64,000 bases of DNA from NCBI GenBank assembly GCA_963693055.1, contig OY843751.1, positions 2,112,001 through 2,176,000 of the forward strand. Reading direction: 5' to 3'. How positions within the stretch are numbered: position 1 is the first letter of the stretch; every line of letters starts with the position of its first letter. The notes under the pieces were generated by a model, which saw only the letters and a list, made by a program, of their open reading frames with translations, was not told the origin of the DNA and searched no databases. Of the stretch, positions 1 to 11,499 are shown one piece after another. Origin of the DNA: a bacterium (GTDB lineage: Bacteria; Zhuqueibacterota; Zhuqueibacteria; Residuimicrobiales; Krinioviventaceae). Made by a program: the position numbers and the translations under genes.

Positions 1-419
1 TCCTGATCGGTTTCTACTGTATTCTTGTGCGCCAGGTATTCAGGGGCCAGATCGGATTTAATGAAATCGTATTTATAAAATGCCTTTTTTACGGGCGCGT
101 ATCCGTCTACAATGTTGCCGTCATTGCCCTGGAATTTGAAAAAAGTTAGGATGTTTTCCCGTATAACTTTTTCATCGTTAACCTGGCAGGACAATTCTAC
201 AAATGTGTTCAGGTCTCGTATCCATACTTCTGTGTACTTGTCCCCGGCACTGAATCCGGATTCAAGGATGTCAAGTGCCCGTTCATGCACCTGTACCAGA
301 GTAGAGTCGTTCAAAATTTGTTGTGCCAATTGCTGTTTTGGCGTTTTTGTACAAGAGTTCAAGTTAAATACTGCAATACTGATTGATAAAAACAATATTA
401 CCTTTTTGAGGTTGTCCAT
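1..419 (-). CDS. Lipoprotein, probable six-hairpin glycoside hydrolase (5' part; runs off window)
   Basis: Manual translation from ATG at 419: MDNLKKVILFLSISIAVFNLNSC (lipobox-like)...GFSAGDKYTEVWIRDLNTF...HKNTVETDQ. Frame open to the window edge. WIRD motif typical of (alpha/alpha)6 glycosidases. Confidence 0.6.
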   Translation of the reverse strand, partial: MDNLKKVILFLSISIAVFNLNSCTKTPKQQLAQQILNDSTLVQVHERALDILESGFSAGDKYTEVWIRDLNTFVELSCQVNDEKVIRENILTFFKFQGNDGNIVDGYAPVKKAFYKYDFIKSDLAPEYLAHKNTVETDQ

Positions 420-420
420 G

Positions 421-1998
421 TCATGCCCACCATTTTCGTGTTCGATTCGGGATGTTATCTAGTACATCTACTGCTGTATTTACATCATCTACTATCTGGT
501 AATCAAACATACCCACACAGATAAAATCTGCACCGTTTTCAAATGCAAAGCGGAATCCATCATCGGGTTGAATGGCTCCACCGGCAAGTACTTTGAAACC
601 TATGACCGGAATGTTTTTACTATTAATAAATTCCACGGTTTTATCCGGGAACAGGCAAAACATGTTGTCATGGAATTCATCATGGTTGATGGAACGTTTA
701 CCGTCAACAGAGAAAGGAATGCGTTTTTCCATAGGATGCGCGGACCAGTATCGATCATGATGCAGGGTTTTCATATAAAAATCAGGAACGAGTCCGGTCT
801 CGTCACAGGCAATCAAAGCCTGTACAGAATGTGCGCCCAGTCCTGCAGGATACCCTTGTTTGCGGATGTAGTCGATGCATTTTGCCAAAACATCAATGTT
901 ACCTTCTTTGACGCGCCAATCGCAACAGTTGCCCTGAATCTGGATCAGATCAACACCGTTGTCTATGACCTTGTCCACATGGCTGTAAATATCTTCTGCC
1001 GTTGGATGGATCTGGCTGATGGTTTTTATTTTGCCGCCCATCACGGTTTTGTATTTGTTGATCAAAGGAAATTGGCTATGGGTAATGTTCATGGTGTTGA
1101 TGCCGGCCATTTCCGCAAGTTCAAGTGTTTCAAAAACTTTTTTCTCTGTATTATAAGCTTTGAACAGGGAAGAGACATAAATTAAATCCCTGGAATGAGA
1201 CCATCCGCCAATCAGATTACCCCCCATAATGAGTCTGCTGATCTCTTGATCACCAATTTTACCCATAGGGAGTTCACCTTTCAGGTCTTTCAGTTTACTG
1301 TCACTGACCTTGATAGTTGCTCCGGTAATTGCGTTGACTTTTTCCCAGTTGTATTTTTTAATAACTCCATAAACAAAACCACCCAGAATGGGGAGTGTTA
1401 CCAGATTTTTCATCACCTCGCGACGGTCCATATTCAGATATGAGGGTTTTACAGGCTGTTTATGCTTGGGAGTCATTTGGGTTTGCAGGTTATTCAGGTT
1501 GTCTTTGAGGCTAAAATATTGTACAAATCGATCCAATCCGAAAAACAGACCTGAGGGAAATACCGCGACAATTGCCAGAGCTGCCATTTCAACGAGGTTC
1601 TTGTTTATCAAAAGATAATGCCCCTCTTGAGGGATACCAAAAGTAGTACCCACAAACGGGGGATTGGCCAAATAAAAAAGCGCCAGAAATCCTATGCCTG
1701 CTATTGCCCAAACACGTGTAAAAAGCCCCAATAGCAATCCCAACCCCACAAGCGTTAATCCCCACATGTTTATAAAATCCACAATCTGTAATACAAACGC
1801 ATTGGATGCCATCCAGTGAAATAGCCCTGCAAAGATCCAGCGAGAACTTTGAAGGTATGCGCCAGCGGACCAGTCGGGTATCAGGATTTTTGACACTCCT
1901 TCGTAAAGAAAATGCCAGCCGATAACCATACGCAATACAGCAAGTAAAGTGGATTGAATTGTTGAAAAATTGTTCCCCTTTTCGTCAATAGTGTTCAT
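421..1998 (-). CDS. DoxX-family membrane domain fused to aldo/keto-reductase-like domain
   Basis: N-term LRMVIGWHFLYEG...INKNLVE (DoxX); C-term GKIGDQEISRLIMGGN...FKVLAGGAI...GADFICVGMF (AKR-like). ATG at 1998 preferred over 2025. Confidence 0.7.
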   Translation of the reverse strand: MNTIDEKGNNFSTIQSTLLAVLRMVIGWHFLYEGVSKILIPDWSAGAYLQSSRWIFAGLFHWMASNAFVLQIVDFINMWGLTLVGLGLLLGLFTRVWAIAGIGFLALFYLANPPFVGTTFGIPQEGHYLLINKNLVEMAALAIVAVFPSGLFFGLDRFVQYFSLKDNLNNLQTQMTPKHKQPVKPSYLNMDRREVMKNLVTLPILGGFVYGVIKKYNWEKVNAITGATIKVSDSKLKDLKGELPMGKIGDQEISRLIMGGNLIGGWSHSRDLIYVSSLFKAYNTEKKVFETLELAEMAGINTMNITHSQFPLINKYKTVMGGKIKTISQIHPTAEDIYSHVDKVIDNGVDLIQIQGNCCDWRVKEGNIDVLAKCIDYIRKQGYPAGLGAHSVQALIACDETGLVPDFYMKTLHHDRYWSAHPMEKRIPFSVDGKRSINHDEFHDNMFCLFPDKTVEFINSKNIPVIGFKVLAGGAIQPDDGFRFAFENGADFICVGMFDYQIVDDVNTAVDVLDNIPNRTRKWWA

Positions 1999-2317
1999 TT
2001 TCCCTCTTTTCCCTGGTAATTTCAATCTCTTTTACGGAATATACAAAATAATGTAATAGGGGGCAATTTAAAATGTTTTTTAGCAATAATTACCAAAAAA
2101 TGACGGATTGCCAGGGTTCGGCAGCACATTTGATATCTTTGTGAATCCCCGGAATTTAGACCGATGCGTTCCAATTACCGATTTTTTACTATTGATATTG
2201 TGGATAAAAATGTTTACCTATATTGACTAATTGTTAAGATTGTGTTTATATTGGAAGGCTCCTTACTTGGGGCCTTTTAAACAAATTTTAATGCTTGAGC
2301 ATTGTGGAGTATTTATC

Positions 2318-3013
2318 ATGATTACCGGTAATCATAATATGTCAAATGTGATTTCTCAAAATCCGCGAATATTGATTGTTCTGGAAAATTTCAATATTGA
2401 TTTGGGATTTGAAGAAAAGACTGTGGACAGGGTTTGTCAAGACTATAATATTAATACACAGCTATTTTTAGCAATTGCAAACCTTAATTGTAATCACGAG
2501 CAGATAAAATTATACGATATACATATTGCCCTCCAAGATCTGGAGTATATTTTAAGTTACCTGAAAAACTCTCATGTCTATTTTCTCAATGAAAAGATCC
2601 CTGCACTTAAAAAATTGATTGATGGGAAATTGCAAATGAATCCTGATGAGCGATATACGCGTTTGATTAAGAAATTTTTTGATGATTATTCCCGTGAAGT
2701 ATTTGAGCATATGAATTATGAAGACAGAATTGTTTTCCCGTATGTAAACAAATTGTTAGCAAAGCAGAATGATTCTACCTACGCAATGAAAGAGTTTAAA
2801 AAGCATCATTCTGATATTGAAATTAAATTAACTGACCTTAAAAATCTTTTGGTCAAATATGTTCCACCCGAGTACGATTCTGTAATCAGAAGAAAAATAT
2901 TGTACATGTTGTTCGAGTTGGAACATGATATCAATATTCATGACCATATTGAAAACAATCTTTTGGTTCCTATTGTAGAAAAATTGGAATTGGATGGAGA
3001 TGCAATTGGATAA
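2318..3013 (+). CDS. Hemerythrin/RIC-like domain protein
   Basis: [33 protein letters not shown] His/Glu metal-binding motifs. Confidence 0.75.
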   Translation: MITGNHNMSNVISQNPRILIVLENFNIDLGFEEKTVDRVCQDYNINTQLFLAIANLNCNHEQIKLYDIHIALQDLEYILSYLKNSHVYFLNEKIPALKKLIDGKLQMNPDERYTRLIKKFFDDYSREVFEHMNYEDRIVFPYVNKLLAKQNDSTYAMKEFKKHHSDIEIKLTDLKNLLVKYVPPEYDSVIRRKILYMLFELEHDINIHDHIENNLLVPIVEKLELDGDAIG

Positions 3014-3617
3014 TGTGAACGGTAGCAATGTCGTTATTATTGACCCATCCGTAATCATTCGGGAAGGTTTGGATAACATATTAAAAGACATATTGGATGA
3101 TGTTAATATTATTTATCTTCATTCCGTGAAGGAATTTGGATCCATTCCCAAAGATGAAGAACTGTCACTCGTTCTTATTAATCCGGTAGCAATCCCTGAT
3201 TGTATGAATAATACAATCAATACAATCAGGGAAGGGTTTCCCAAATTAAAAGTAATCGGTATTATTTCAGGTTGTTACAGCAGATCTCATATAAGCCTGT
3301 TTGATGATATAATTTTCATTAATGACGATATTGATACGATTGCGAATATATTGAAAAACAATACATTGCCCCTGCAAAGCAAAGACCGTTTAAATAAAGC
3401 TTTGACAAAACGAGAGCTGGATGTTCTAAGGCTGCTGGTTAAAGGGTATCCTAATAAGCAAATTGCGACAGACCTTTATATCAGCGTACATACGGTTATT
3501 AGCCATCGTAAAAACATAAACCGGAAACTTGGTATTAAGTCTATTGCCGGTCTGGCAATTTATGGTGTTATCAATAATATTATTGATATAGATGAGTATT
3601 TAGACACTGCCCGCTAA
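2994..3617 (+). CDS. LuxR/NarL-family HTH transcriptional regulator
   Basis: C-terminal [39 protein letters not shown]; degenerate receiver-like N-terminus. Confidence 0.9.
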   Translation: MEMQLDNVNGSNVVIIDPSVIIREGLDNILKDILDDVNIIYLHSVKEFGSIPKDEELSLVLINPVAIPDCMNNTINTIREGFPKLKVIGIISGCYSRSHISLFDDIIFINDDIDTIANILKNNTLPLQSKDRLNKALTKRELDVLRLLVKGYPNKQIATDLYISVHTVISHRKNINRKLGIKSIAGLAIYGVINNIIDIDEYLDTAR

Positions 3618-3760
3618 ATTCATACCCCAACAGTACTTTTTTATCCCCAAAATATACTAGTTTTTCCGTTTGAAAATCACATACTCTGGCGATTGATTGA
3701 GATGTCAAACAATTGTACATTTTTTGAAATAAAATTCTAATAAACAGGAGAAACAATTTT

Positions 3761-6184
3761 ATGAAAAAATTGTTATTGATTTTTTTTGTATTGGGCATAT
3801 TTCAAATTTCTTTTGCGCAAGGGAAAACGGATGCCATGCTTTTTGGGGATGTAAAATGTTCTGAAACCGGTGAACATATCCCCTTTGCCAATATAACGAT
3901 CAAAGGTACCCATATGGGGACGGCTGCGGATGCCAGCGGGCATTTTAAATTGACGAATCTGCCGTTAGGCGAACATATTCTGGTTGTGCATGCTATTGGT
4001 TACAAGTCACAGGAAAAAAAGGTGACCCTGCAAAAGGACAAAGCGGTTACTGTTTTTTTTGAGTTGGAACAGGATGTGTTGGAATTGGAACAGGTTGTGG
4101 TTACCGGAACAAGGACCAAGCATTATATCAAAGATGTGCCCGTCCGCACTGAAGTGATTACAATGAAAGAAATAGAGAACAAGAATGCATTGAATATATA
4201 TCAGGCATTGGAGGGTATGCCGGGTATCAGGGTTGAAAACCAGTGTCAATACTGTAATTTTACCATGGTCAGAATGCAGGGATTGGGTGCAGAGCATACC
4301 CAGGTGTTGATCAACGGACAGCCAATGTATTCCGGACTTGCCGGGGTTTACGGTCTTGAGCAGTTGGGAACTTCTGATGTTGAAAGGATCGAAGTTGTTA
4401 AAGGGGCTGGTTCTGCATTATACGGCAGCAGTGCTGTTGCCGGTGCTATTAATATTGTTACCAGTGAACCGTCATATCAACCTTTAATTACTGCCGGTAT
4501 GCAATTTGGGAGCTATAACACCAACAAGTATAATATATCGTCTTCGTTACGCAATGAAAGCGGCAGAATTGGACTCAATGTATATGCGGAACGTGTTACC
4601 GGAGATGCTATTGACGAAACCGGTGAAGGAACTACAAGGGAGAAAGTTGAGAATAAAGACGGTATCTCTGACCGGGTTATGACCCATATGACCAATGCTG
4701 GTTTTAGTCTTTATGTCAACGACGCATTGTTCTCAAACGATAAGCTGATTGTAAGAGGCAAGTCTGTTTCGGAAGACCGCCAGGGCGGCACCATGACAGA
4801 TGATTATTATAAAAATCCCCTTACTGACGGAACAGAAAGTATTAACACTGACCGGTATGAAGTGGAAGTAAATTATAATAAAATGCTTGAATCCGGTTCT
4901 GAAATTGATTTTACCCTGGGCGTTGTTGATCACAAAAGGAACGCAACCAATGATTCGTATTTAGGGGATTACATGGATACCCACGACGATAACGTTCCCG
5001 ATCTTCGGGATATGCGTCCGTATTTAGCTGATGAGCAATCCTATACGGCTACACTGACTTATGGTACAACCCTGGGCAGTCATAGTTTATTAACAGGCGT
5101 TCAAACTTTTTTTGATGATCTCGAAGAATCTGGTATGTATGTTATTGTTGATCCTGCGAGCAGTTATCTTGGCCAGTCGTACAAGTCGAACAGTAAAAAA
5201 TCAGCACAGGAATTTGGCGCGTTTATTCAGGATGAATGGGCCGCTACAAGCAAGCTGATCATTGTTCCCGGAGTAAGAGTGGACAATCACCATTCTTCTG
5301 AAGAATATACTGCCGACAAGCAGGTTTTTACAACAACAACTTTTCCTAAAACCGATTTTGATGAAACAAGCATAAACCCACGCCTGGCAGTTAAATATGC
5401 GCTTTCTAATGAGTTTACCCTTCGTGCGAACGCGGGTACCGGGTTCAGAGCACCCTACGGGTTTTCCGAAGACCTCCATCTTTGCAGCGGTTCCCCGCGT
5501 GTATGGAAGTCGTCTGATCTTGATCCTGAAACTTCTGTAAGCTATAACATGGCACTCGATTATTATGGAAGTAATATGCGTGTCAGTACCAACGTTTTCA
5601 GAACTGACCTGAAAGACAAGATCGGCTTTACCGATGCAGATGGGCCCGTATCTGCACTTGGTTATGATTATCAGTGGAAAAACATTGACGATGCTTTTGT
5701 GCAGGGTGTTGAATTGTCTGTAATGTCCAATGTCGCTCACAATCTTGATATGGGTATTGATTTTACCTATAACCAGGGTGAATACAATAATGCCCGTGAA
5801 GACTGGATTGGTACCTCGTACGAAAGTATCAGCAAGTATATTTCGCGTTTCCCGGAAACCACCGGTAATATCAAGGTCGATTATGATCCTGGTACATGGA
5901 GTTTTTCGTTAACTGGAAATTACCAGGGCAAAATGTATATAGATTATTACAATGAAGACATTGATCCTGAAATAGGCGATCAAACAAAGATTAAAGAAAC
6001 CGATCCCTATATGGTGTTTAACGCGCGTATTTCAAAATCAATAAATATGTGTAAGCTTTATTTGGGTGTGAATAATATATTTGATTATGTTCAGGATGAA
6101 AAACATCTTGATGATGCAGCGTTTATGTATGCCCCGGTTTATGGTACCATGTTTTATGGCGGCATCACTTTGGATATTCGCTGA
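3761..6184 (+). CDS. TonB-dependent outer-membrane receptor
   Basis: Signal peptide, CarboxypepD-reg-like N-domain, VVVTGTRT, plug motif RIEVVKGAGSALYGSSAVAGAINIVT, C-terminal barrel (GVNNIFD); RBS AGGAG. Confidence 0.95.
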   Translation: MKKLLLIFFVLGIFQISFAQGKTDAMLFGDVKCSETGEHIPFANITIKGTHMGTAADASGHFKLTNLPLGEHILVVHAIGYKSQEKKVTLQKDKAVTVFFELEQDVLELEQVVVTGTRTKHYIKDVPVRTEVITMKEIENKNALNIYQALEGMPGIRVENQCQYCNFTMVRMQGLGAEHTQVLINGQPMYSGLAGVYGLEQLGTSDVERIEVVKGAGSALYGSSAVAGAINIVTSEPSYQPLITAGMQFGSYNTNKYNISSSLRNESGRIGLNVYAERVTGDAIDETGEGTTREKVENKDGISDRVMTHMTNAGFSLYVNDALFSNDKLIVRGKSVSEDRQGGTMTDDYYKNPLTDGTESINTDRYEVEVNYNKMLESGSEIDFTLGVVDHKRNATNDSYLGDYMDTHDDNVPDLRDMRPYLADEQSYTATLTYGTTLGSHSLLTGVQTFFDDLEESGMYVIVDPASSYLGQSYKSNSKKSAQEFGAFIQDEWAATSKLIIVPGVRVDNHHSSEEYTADKQVFTTTTFPKTDFDETSINPRLAVKYALSNEFTLRANAGTGFRAPYGFSEDLHLCSGSPRVWKSSDLDPETSVSYNMALDYYGSNMRVSTNVFRTDLKDKIGFTDADGPVSALGYDYQWKNIDDAFVQGVELSVMSNVAHNLDMGIDFTYNQGEYNNAREDWIGTSYESISKYISRFPETTGNIKVDYDPGTWSFSLTGNYQGKMYIDYYNEDIDPEIGDQTKIKETDPYMVFNARISKSINMCKLYLGVNNIFDYVQDEKHLDDAAFMYAPVYGTMFYGGITLDIR

Positions 6185-6254
6185 TTTATGATTCACCATT
6201 AAAACGACCTGTTTACCCTTACCTCCATAAATAAATGAAATACAGCAGGAGAGA

Positions 6255-6290
6255 GCGGGAGAGAATGATAATGTTTTCTCCCGTTTTTTT
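6255..6290 (+). terminator. Probable intrinsic terminator
   Basis: CGGGAGA...TCTCCCG stem followed by a T-run, downstream of the TonB receptor. Confidence 0.55.
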
Positions 6291-6466
6291 ATTTTAGAAC
6301 CCTGGTGTCCGGTTTAAGAGTGTTTATATATAAAAATGAAAAACCAAAAAAATGTTGAATTTTATCATTGGGATGGCTAATCTGTGTAGCGATTACCAAT
6401 GGCAGATGAAATATTTTGAAAATCAGTGATGATAAATGCTCAAAAAATCCCAGCCTCAATTGAATA

Positions 6467-7777
6467 ATGATCCTGGAGGTGAAATTGACGTACTGCAAAA
6501 TTGTATTTGTACTATTATTGAATGTTGTGTTTTTTTCTTGTTCTCAAGACAACAAGATACAGCAAGGTTTTAGTTTTCCTGATGTAGAAGCGTTACCAGA
6601 ACAAAATATTCTCCCGGACCTATTTATTATGCATGATGGCTCACGCGTGCAATCTCTTGCAGATTGGGAAAAGCAACGCCAATATTTAAAAGCAATGCTG
6701 ATCCATTATCAATACGGCGAAATGCCTCCCAAACCCGAATTCACTGTAGTTACAGTAGACTCGAATTGTATTCTGGACGGTCAATGCGTTGAACAATTGT
6801 TAAAAATGATTATTAAACGAAATGGGAAAACTGCCGAGGTACGTTTTGGTATTCATCGGCCAAATAAACCCGGCAGGTATCCGGTGATTATCAAGAACGA
6901 CCGGTTTCGGTTTAGTCTTGATGACATTCGGGATGATATAATGCGGCAAAAGTACAGTGATAGCGATAAATATCCGGTAGAGCAATTTGTAGCAATAGAA
7001 GCTGTAAAGCGTGATTATGTGATTTGCAAATTTATAAGGGATGATGTTGCTGATGATATCTTGAATAGTCGAGAAACGGGTGTTTTTCCACTTTATCCTG
7101 AATATGAATTTGCCACCATTGCAGCCTGGTCTTGGTTTTACCTACCTATTATAGATTACCTGATTAGCCAGGACTATATTGACAGTACCAAAATAGTTGC
7201 AACCGGACATTCCCGTGGCGGAAAAACTGCGCTTGCTGCCGGCATATTTGATGAACGAATTGCCATTACGGCACCCAATTCATCCGGAACAGGAGGAACG
7301 GGTAGTTGGAAGTATTTTGATCCTGAACGTAAACCTCAAATTATAAAATCTCATATTGACAAGCATGATTACTGGTGGGTAAACAGGATTTTTGATTTTG
7401 TAGAAAATGATAGTAAACTGCCTTTTGATTCTCATTTCCACAAGGCACTAATTGCTCCACGTGCACTTTTGAATCCTCATGCCCGACAGGATTACTGGGC
7501 AAATCCTTACGGTACATACCTGACCTACCTGGCAGCTCAAAAAGTATTTGACTGGATGGGCGTTCCTGAACATAATGCTATACACTGGCGGGAAGGTGGC
7601 CATGGTCAGCTTGAAGAGGATTGGTTGGCATTGTTTGATTACTGTGATAAGCTCTTTTTCAATAAATCCACAAAACGGGTGTTTAATGCACCACATGATA
7701 TTAATTTTGAGAATAATCCGAAATATGAGCACTGGCCCTCATTGTATCCATGGGAGGCGCCTCTGGTTCAAAAGTGA
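6467..7777 (+). CDS. CE15-like (glucuronoyl esterase-type) alpha/beta hydrolase lipoprotein
   Basis: GHSRGGK nucleophile motif, AAWSW, LIAPRALL, DYWANPYG, GGH; lipobox FFSC. Confidence 0.8.
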   Translation: MILEVKLTYCKIVFVLLLNVVFFSCSQDNKIQQGFSFPDVEALPEQNILPDLFIMHDGSRVQSLADWEKQRQYLKAMLIHYQYGEMPPKPEFTVVTVDSNCILDGQCVEQLLKMIIKRNGKTAEVRFGIHRPNKPGRYPVIIKNDRFRFSLDDIRDDIMRQKYSDSDKYPVEQFVAIEAVKRDYVICKFIRDDVADDILNSRETGVFPLYPEYEFATIAAWSWFYLPIIDYLISQDYIDSTKIVATGHSRGGKTALAAGIFDERIAITAPNSSGTGGTGSWKYFDPERKPQIIKSHIDKHDYWWVNRIFDFVENDSKLPFDSHFHKALIAPRALLNPHARQDYWANPYGTYLTYLAAQKVFDWMGVPEHNAIHWREGGHGQLEEDWLALFDYCDKLFFNKSTKRVFNAPHDINFENNPKYEHWPSLYPWEAPLVQK

Positions 7778-7828
7778 TTGGGCCAATTAAAATCAAGAGG
7801 ATAAATTCCAAGTTCGTGGTGTAAGATA

Positions 7829-9136
7829 TCAATTGTTTTGTTTATATCGATTAATCATGATCGCCCGTTTTCCGGATTGAAGACGGGGAATCTGGTCTAC
7901 AAAATCCAGAATGATATTTGCATTTTGTCCAAAAATATTTTTGTATTGCGATATGAGTAGATCCTGCAGATTGAATTCCGGTTTTACCTGTAATTTTATC
8001 CGGTAGGTATCGCTGGTTTCCTGAATAATCTGATATTGTATAACCCTTTCGGTCAACTCGCGAGACTTGTCAATAGCCCCATAAATCGCACCATAGTTAA
8101 CATACGCCCCGTCAGTGTTGAACAATTTTTCCGTAATTCTGCCATGGAATGTTTTAAGAGAAGGGATGTTGGGGCCGGAATTGAAAGGAACATCCCATTC
8201 TGCACTGTCACCAATTTCATACCGTATCAGCGGCATTGCATGTGAGAACAAATCTGTTATTACAATCCGTCCCGGTTCTCCGGGGCCAACGGGTACATCC
8301 TTGTTCATATCCAATATTTCGATATGATGAGATGTGAAATTGATTGTATAGTTGTCTTGATTGGGATTTTCGTGCGCAACCACTCCCAGTTCTTCAGTTG
8401 CATATCGGTTTAATACGGTACATCCAAATACATTTTTAAATACATTTCGGGCCCTTTCTGTTAACGTTTCGCCGCTGCTGATGATCCCTTTTAAATAAAA
8501 ATCCTTTGGTGTATCACCCTGGCTTTTACACCATTCCGCAATTTCAAGAAGCGGGGTAGGGTATGATATAATAAACTCGACTTGCCGGGCTTTTAGCGTT
8601 TTACGCTGTTCTTCTTTCCATTCATCATCAACATGGGTGGGATCCATGGGAACAAGATTTTTACTGATTTGCTGCCATTTTGTGAACTGTTTGGGACGGA
8701 TTTGTGTATACCGCATCCCGATATTGTAACCGGCCCAGCGATTAAAATAGATCAGTTCTGCCATTCGTCTTGCAAATTTACCGGGTGTTACATAATAGTG
8801 AAAGGGGATGCCATAAGAGCCACTCGTGGTTCTACCCAGTAAATTATTCCTGTCATATTTTTCAGAAAACAATTCGTCATAATGGTATTTAAGATCATTC
8901 TTGGTAATAACCGGAAAATCGGCAAGGTTGCTGTATCTTCTATACTGTCTGTAATACGGAGATGTGGCAGTTGCAAATTTGAGAATGTCGTTTATACGAA
9001 TTTCATGAATGGCAGAATGGTGTGCGGGATCTTTATATGCTTGCTCAATATCAGTTAAATGTTTTTTTATTAATCCACCATTCAGAGAGTCTCTAATCCA
9101 GAATGCTTTGTTTCGTATCGTTTGTCCTAAATGCAT
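7829..9136 (-). CDS. Phenylacetate-CoA ligase/CapK-family adenylate-forming enzyme
   Basis: TTSGSYG, SSGETL, RYATEELG, MPLIRYEIGD, SGK motifs. Confidence 0.8.
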   Translation of the reverse strand: MHLGQTIRNKAFWIRDSLNGGLIKKHLTDIEQAYKDPAHHSAIHEIRINDILKFATATSPYYRQYRRYSNLADFPVITKNDLKYHYDELFSEKYDRNNLLGRTTSGSYGIPFHYYVTPGKFARRMAELIYFNRWAGYNIGMRYTQIRPKQFTKWQQISKNLVPMDPTHVDDEWKEEQRKTLKARQVEFIISYPTPLLEIAEWCKSQGDTPKDFYLKGIISSGETLTERARNVFKNVFGCTVLNRYATEELGVVAHENPNQDNYTINFTSHHIEILDMNKDVPVGPGEPGRIVITDLFSHAMPLIRYEIGDSAEWDVPFNSGPNIPSLKTFHGRITEKLFNTDGAYVNYGAIYGAIDKSRELTERVIQYQIIQETSDTYRIKLQVKPEFNLQDLLISQYKNIFGQNANIILDFVDQIPRLQSGKRAIMINRYKQNN

Positions 9137-9328
9137 CTTTACTTCTTTATAAAATTCTAATGTCCATTATTCTATATCTACATTGAATAGTATATGGTTA
9201 TTCCGTTTGTACCTCTTATTTGTTAAAATGAACGTGTTTCACTACACAGTGGTTTTTTACCATGCATTATGGAAATGTAACGAGTTGATATTGCTAAAAG
9301 GAGGTAATGATTTGCAGTATTGTTATTG

Positions 9329-10387
9329 CTAGCAAATCCTCGGTAACTGCTCACCGCTGAATAACTGTAGAATACGTCTGCTGCCATAAGCATTCAAGAG
9401 TACAACTTGTGATGCTTTTGCGTCCAAAATTTTTCCTATGGCTACGGCATTGGAGCTGACGGGAATCCTGGCAAGTATGGACAATGCTTCTTGCTGCTGT
9501 TCTTTTGGAAGAAAGATAATGAACCGTCCTTCATTAGCAACATATTTGGGGTCAAATCCCAGCAATTCACAGGCCCCTCTGACAGGCTCCGTCACTGGAA
9601 TCGATTCTTCATTGATCTCTATATTATAGCACGAGGTTTCTGCCATTTCAACGAGTGCGGCGGCCAGGCCACCCCGGGTCAGGTCGCGCATACAGTGAAT
9701 GTCAAGGCCAGCATCGATCAATGCCCTGACTGCTTGGTGCAGGGGAGCGCAGTCGCTTTGCAGGTCTGTCTCAAATTCCAGACCTTCTCTTTTTGCCATG
9801 ACGGAAATTCCATGTCTGCCAATATCGCCGCTAAGCAGAATAGCATCGCCGGGTTTGATAGATGAGGGAGAAATTGTCAATCCTTCCGGTACAAAACCAA
9901 TCCCGGTAGTGTTGATATAAATGCCGTCACATTTACCATGCTCTACCACTTTGGTGTCGCCGGTTACTATAAAGACACTGCATTTATCCGCGGCATATTT
10001 GATTGATGAAATGATTTGCCACAAAGTTTCAATGGAAAATCCTTCTTCCAGAATGAGTCCCAGGCTAATATATTTGGGAACAGCTCCGCTCATACTCAAA
10101 TCGTTGACTGTACCATAGACAGCCAATTCGCCAATATCTCCACCCGGAAAGAATAGAGGATGTATAACAAACGAGTCTGTGGTAAATGCAATACTACTTG
10201 ATTCCACAGGAATAACTGCACTGTCATGGTCACGTTCCAGCAACTCGTTTGAAAAAGCAGACCGGAACATGTCATTAATCAACTGCCGTGTCAGTCTGCC
10301 GCCACCACCATGTGCCATTACAATATGCGGGTATTTTTCAATGGGAATTGGGCATGTGCCAAAATTTGTCATAGAGTTGTTTGACAT
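9329..10387 (-). CDS. hypE: Hydrogenase maturation protein HypE
   Basis: MAHGGGG, FTTDSFV, VTGDTKVV, RDLTRGG, C-terminal LPRIC; ATG at 10387 behind GAGGA. Confidence 0.97.
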   Translation of the reverse strand: MSNNSMTNFGTCPIPIEKYPHIVMAHGGGGRLTRQLINDMFRSAFSNELLERDHDSAVIPVESSSIAFTTDSFVIHPLFFPGGDIGELAVYGTVNDLSMSGAVPKYISLGLILEEGFSIETLWQIISSIKYAADKCSVFIVTGDTKVVEHGKCDGIYINTTGIGFVPEGLTISPSSIKPGDAILLSGDIGRHGISVMAKREGLEFETDLQSDCAPLHQAVRALIDAGLDIHCMRDLTRGGLAAALVEMAETSCYNIEINEESIPVTEPVRGACELLGFDPKYVANEGRFIIFLPKEQQQEALSILARIPVSSNAVAIGKILDAKASQVVLLNAYGSRRILQLFSGEQLPRIC

Positions 10388-10401
10388 GTCGTCCTCAAGG
10401 G

Positions 10402-11499
10402 TTACGTGTTTACAACAGTATTTCGGTAATGATAATATGCCGCACAGGCACCTTCGGATGAAACCATGGTTGCTCCCAATGGATGATCCGGTGTGCATTC
10501 TGTTCCGAATGCCGGGCACTGGTCCGGTTTATGGGTTCCCTGCAATACCAATCCACTGATACATATATCCGGTTCGGTAACAGGTTCTGTATTTATTTGA
10601 AATCTGCGTTCTGCATCAAGGTGTTGGAAATCCAATTCAAGTTCGAGACCGCTGTTTTGAATTGTGCCTATACCTCTCCAGTCCCTGTCGGTTATTTTGA
10701 ATATCCGCTGCATCAATTCCCGGGCAGAGGTGTTTCCCTCGCGGCTAACGGAACGAGAATAGGGATTTTCAATTTTTGATTGTCCCCGTTCCAGTTGTTT
10801 GACGCACAGGTATATTCCCTGTAAAAGATCGACCGGCTCAAATCCGGTAACCACAATTGGGATTTTGAATTTTTTCACAATGGGTTCATATTCATGGTAT
10901 CCCATAACCGTACAAACATGTCCCGCGGCTAAAAAGCCCTGAATTGTATTATGTGGAGATGAGAGCAGTAATTCTATTGCAGGCGGCACACGGACATGAG
11001 ATACCAGAAATGATAGATTGGGTATGTTTTGCTCATATGCCTGCCATACTGCCATGGCAACAGCAGGTGCGGTGGTTTCGAATCCCACTGCAAAAAAGAT
11101 AATTTGCTTATCGGGATTTTGTTTGGCAAGTTCTAATGTATCCATGGGAGAATAAACGATCCGTATATCTGCGCCTCTGGCTTTGACAGAAATCAGGTCC
11201 TGTGTACTGCCGGGCACACGCAGCATGTCTCCAAATGAGGTAAATATGGCATCCGGTAATTGTGCCAGGGCAATGGCCTTGTCAATCATGTTCAATGGTG
11301 TAACGCATACAGGGCAGCCGGGGCCATGCAGCAGGTTGATTTTTTCTTCAAGCAATTGATCCATGCCATATTGCAGCAGGGCATGGGTTTGCCCTCCACA
11401 AATTTCCATAATGGTCCATTTACGTGTGGCTATTTGTAAAATCCTTTCAATACCGGTTTTGACAGCATGAGGATCTCTGTATTCTGAAATGAATTTCAT
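10402..11499 (-). CDS. hypD: Hydrogenase maturation protein HypD
   Basis: [38 protein letters not shown]. Confidence 0.98.
   Translation of the reverse strand: MKFISEYRDPHAVKTGIERILQIATRKWTIMEICGGQTHALLQYGMDQLLEEKINLLHGPGCPVCVTPLNMIDKAIALAQLPDAIFTSFGDMLRVPGSTQDLISVKARGADIRIVYSPMDTLELAKQNPDKQIIFFAVGFETTAPAVAMAVWQAYEQNIPNLSFLVSHVRVPPAIELLLSSPHNTIQGFLAAGHVCTVMGYHEYEPIVKKFKIPIVVTGFEPVDLLQGIYLCVKQLERGQSKIENPYSRSVSREGNTSARELMQRIFKITDRDWRGIGTIQNSGLELELDFQHLDAERRFQINTEPVTEPDICISGLVLQGTHKPDQCPAFGTECTPDHPLGATMVSSEGACAAYYHYRNTVVNT

Noticed and set aside
10388-10519. N-terminal extension of HypE in the ORF track
   Set aside because: Overlaps hypD; a better RBS-associated ATG is at 10387.
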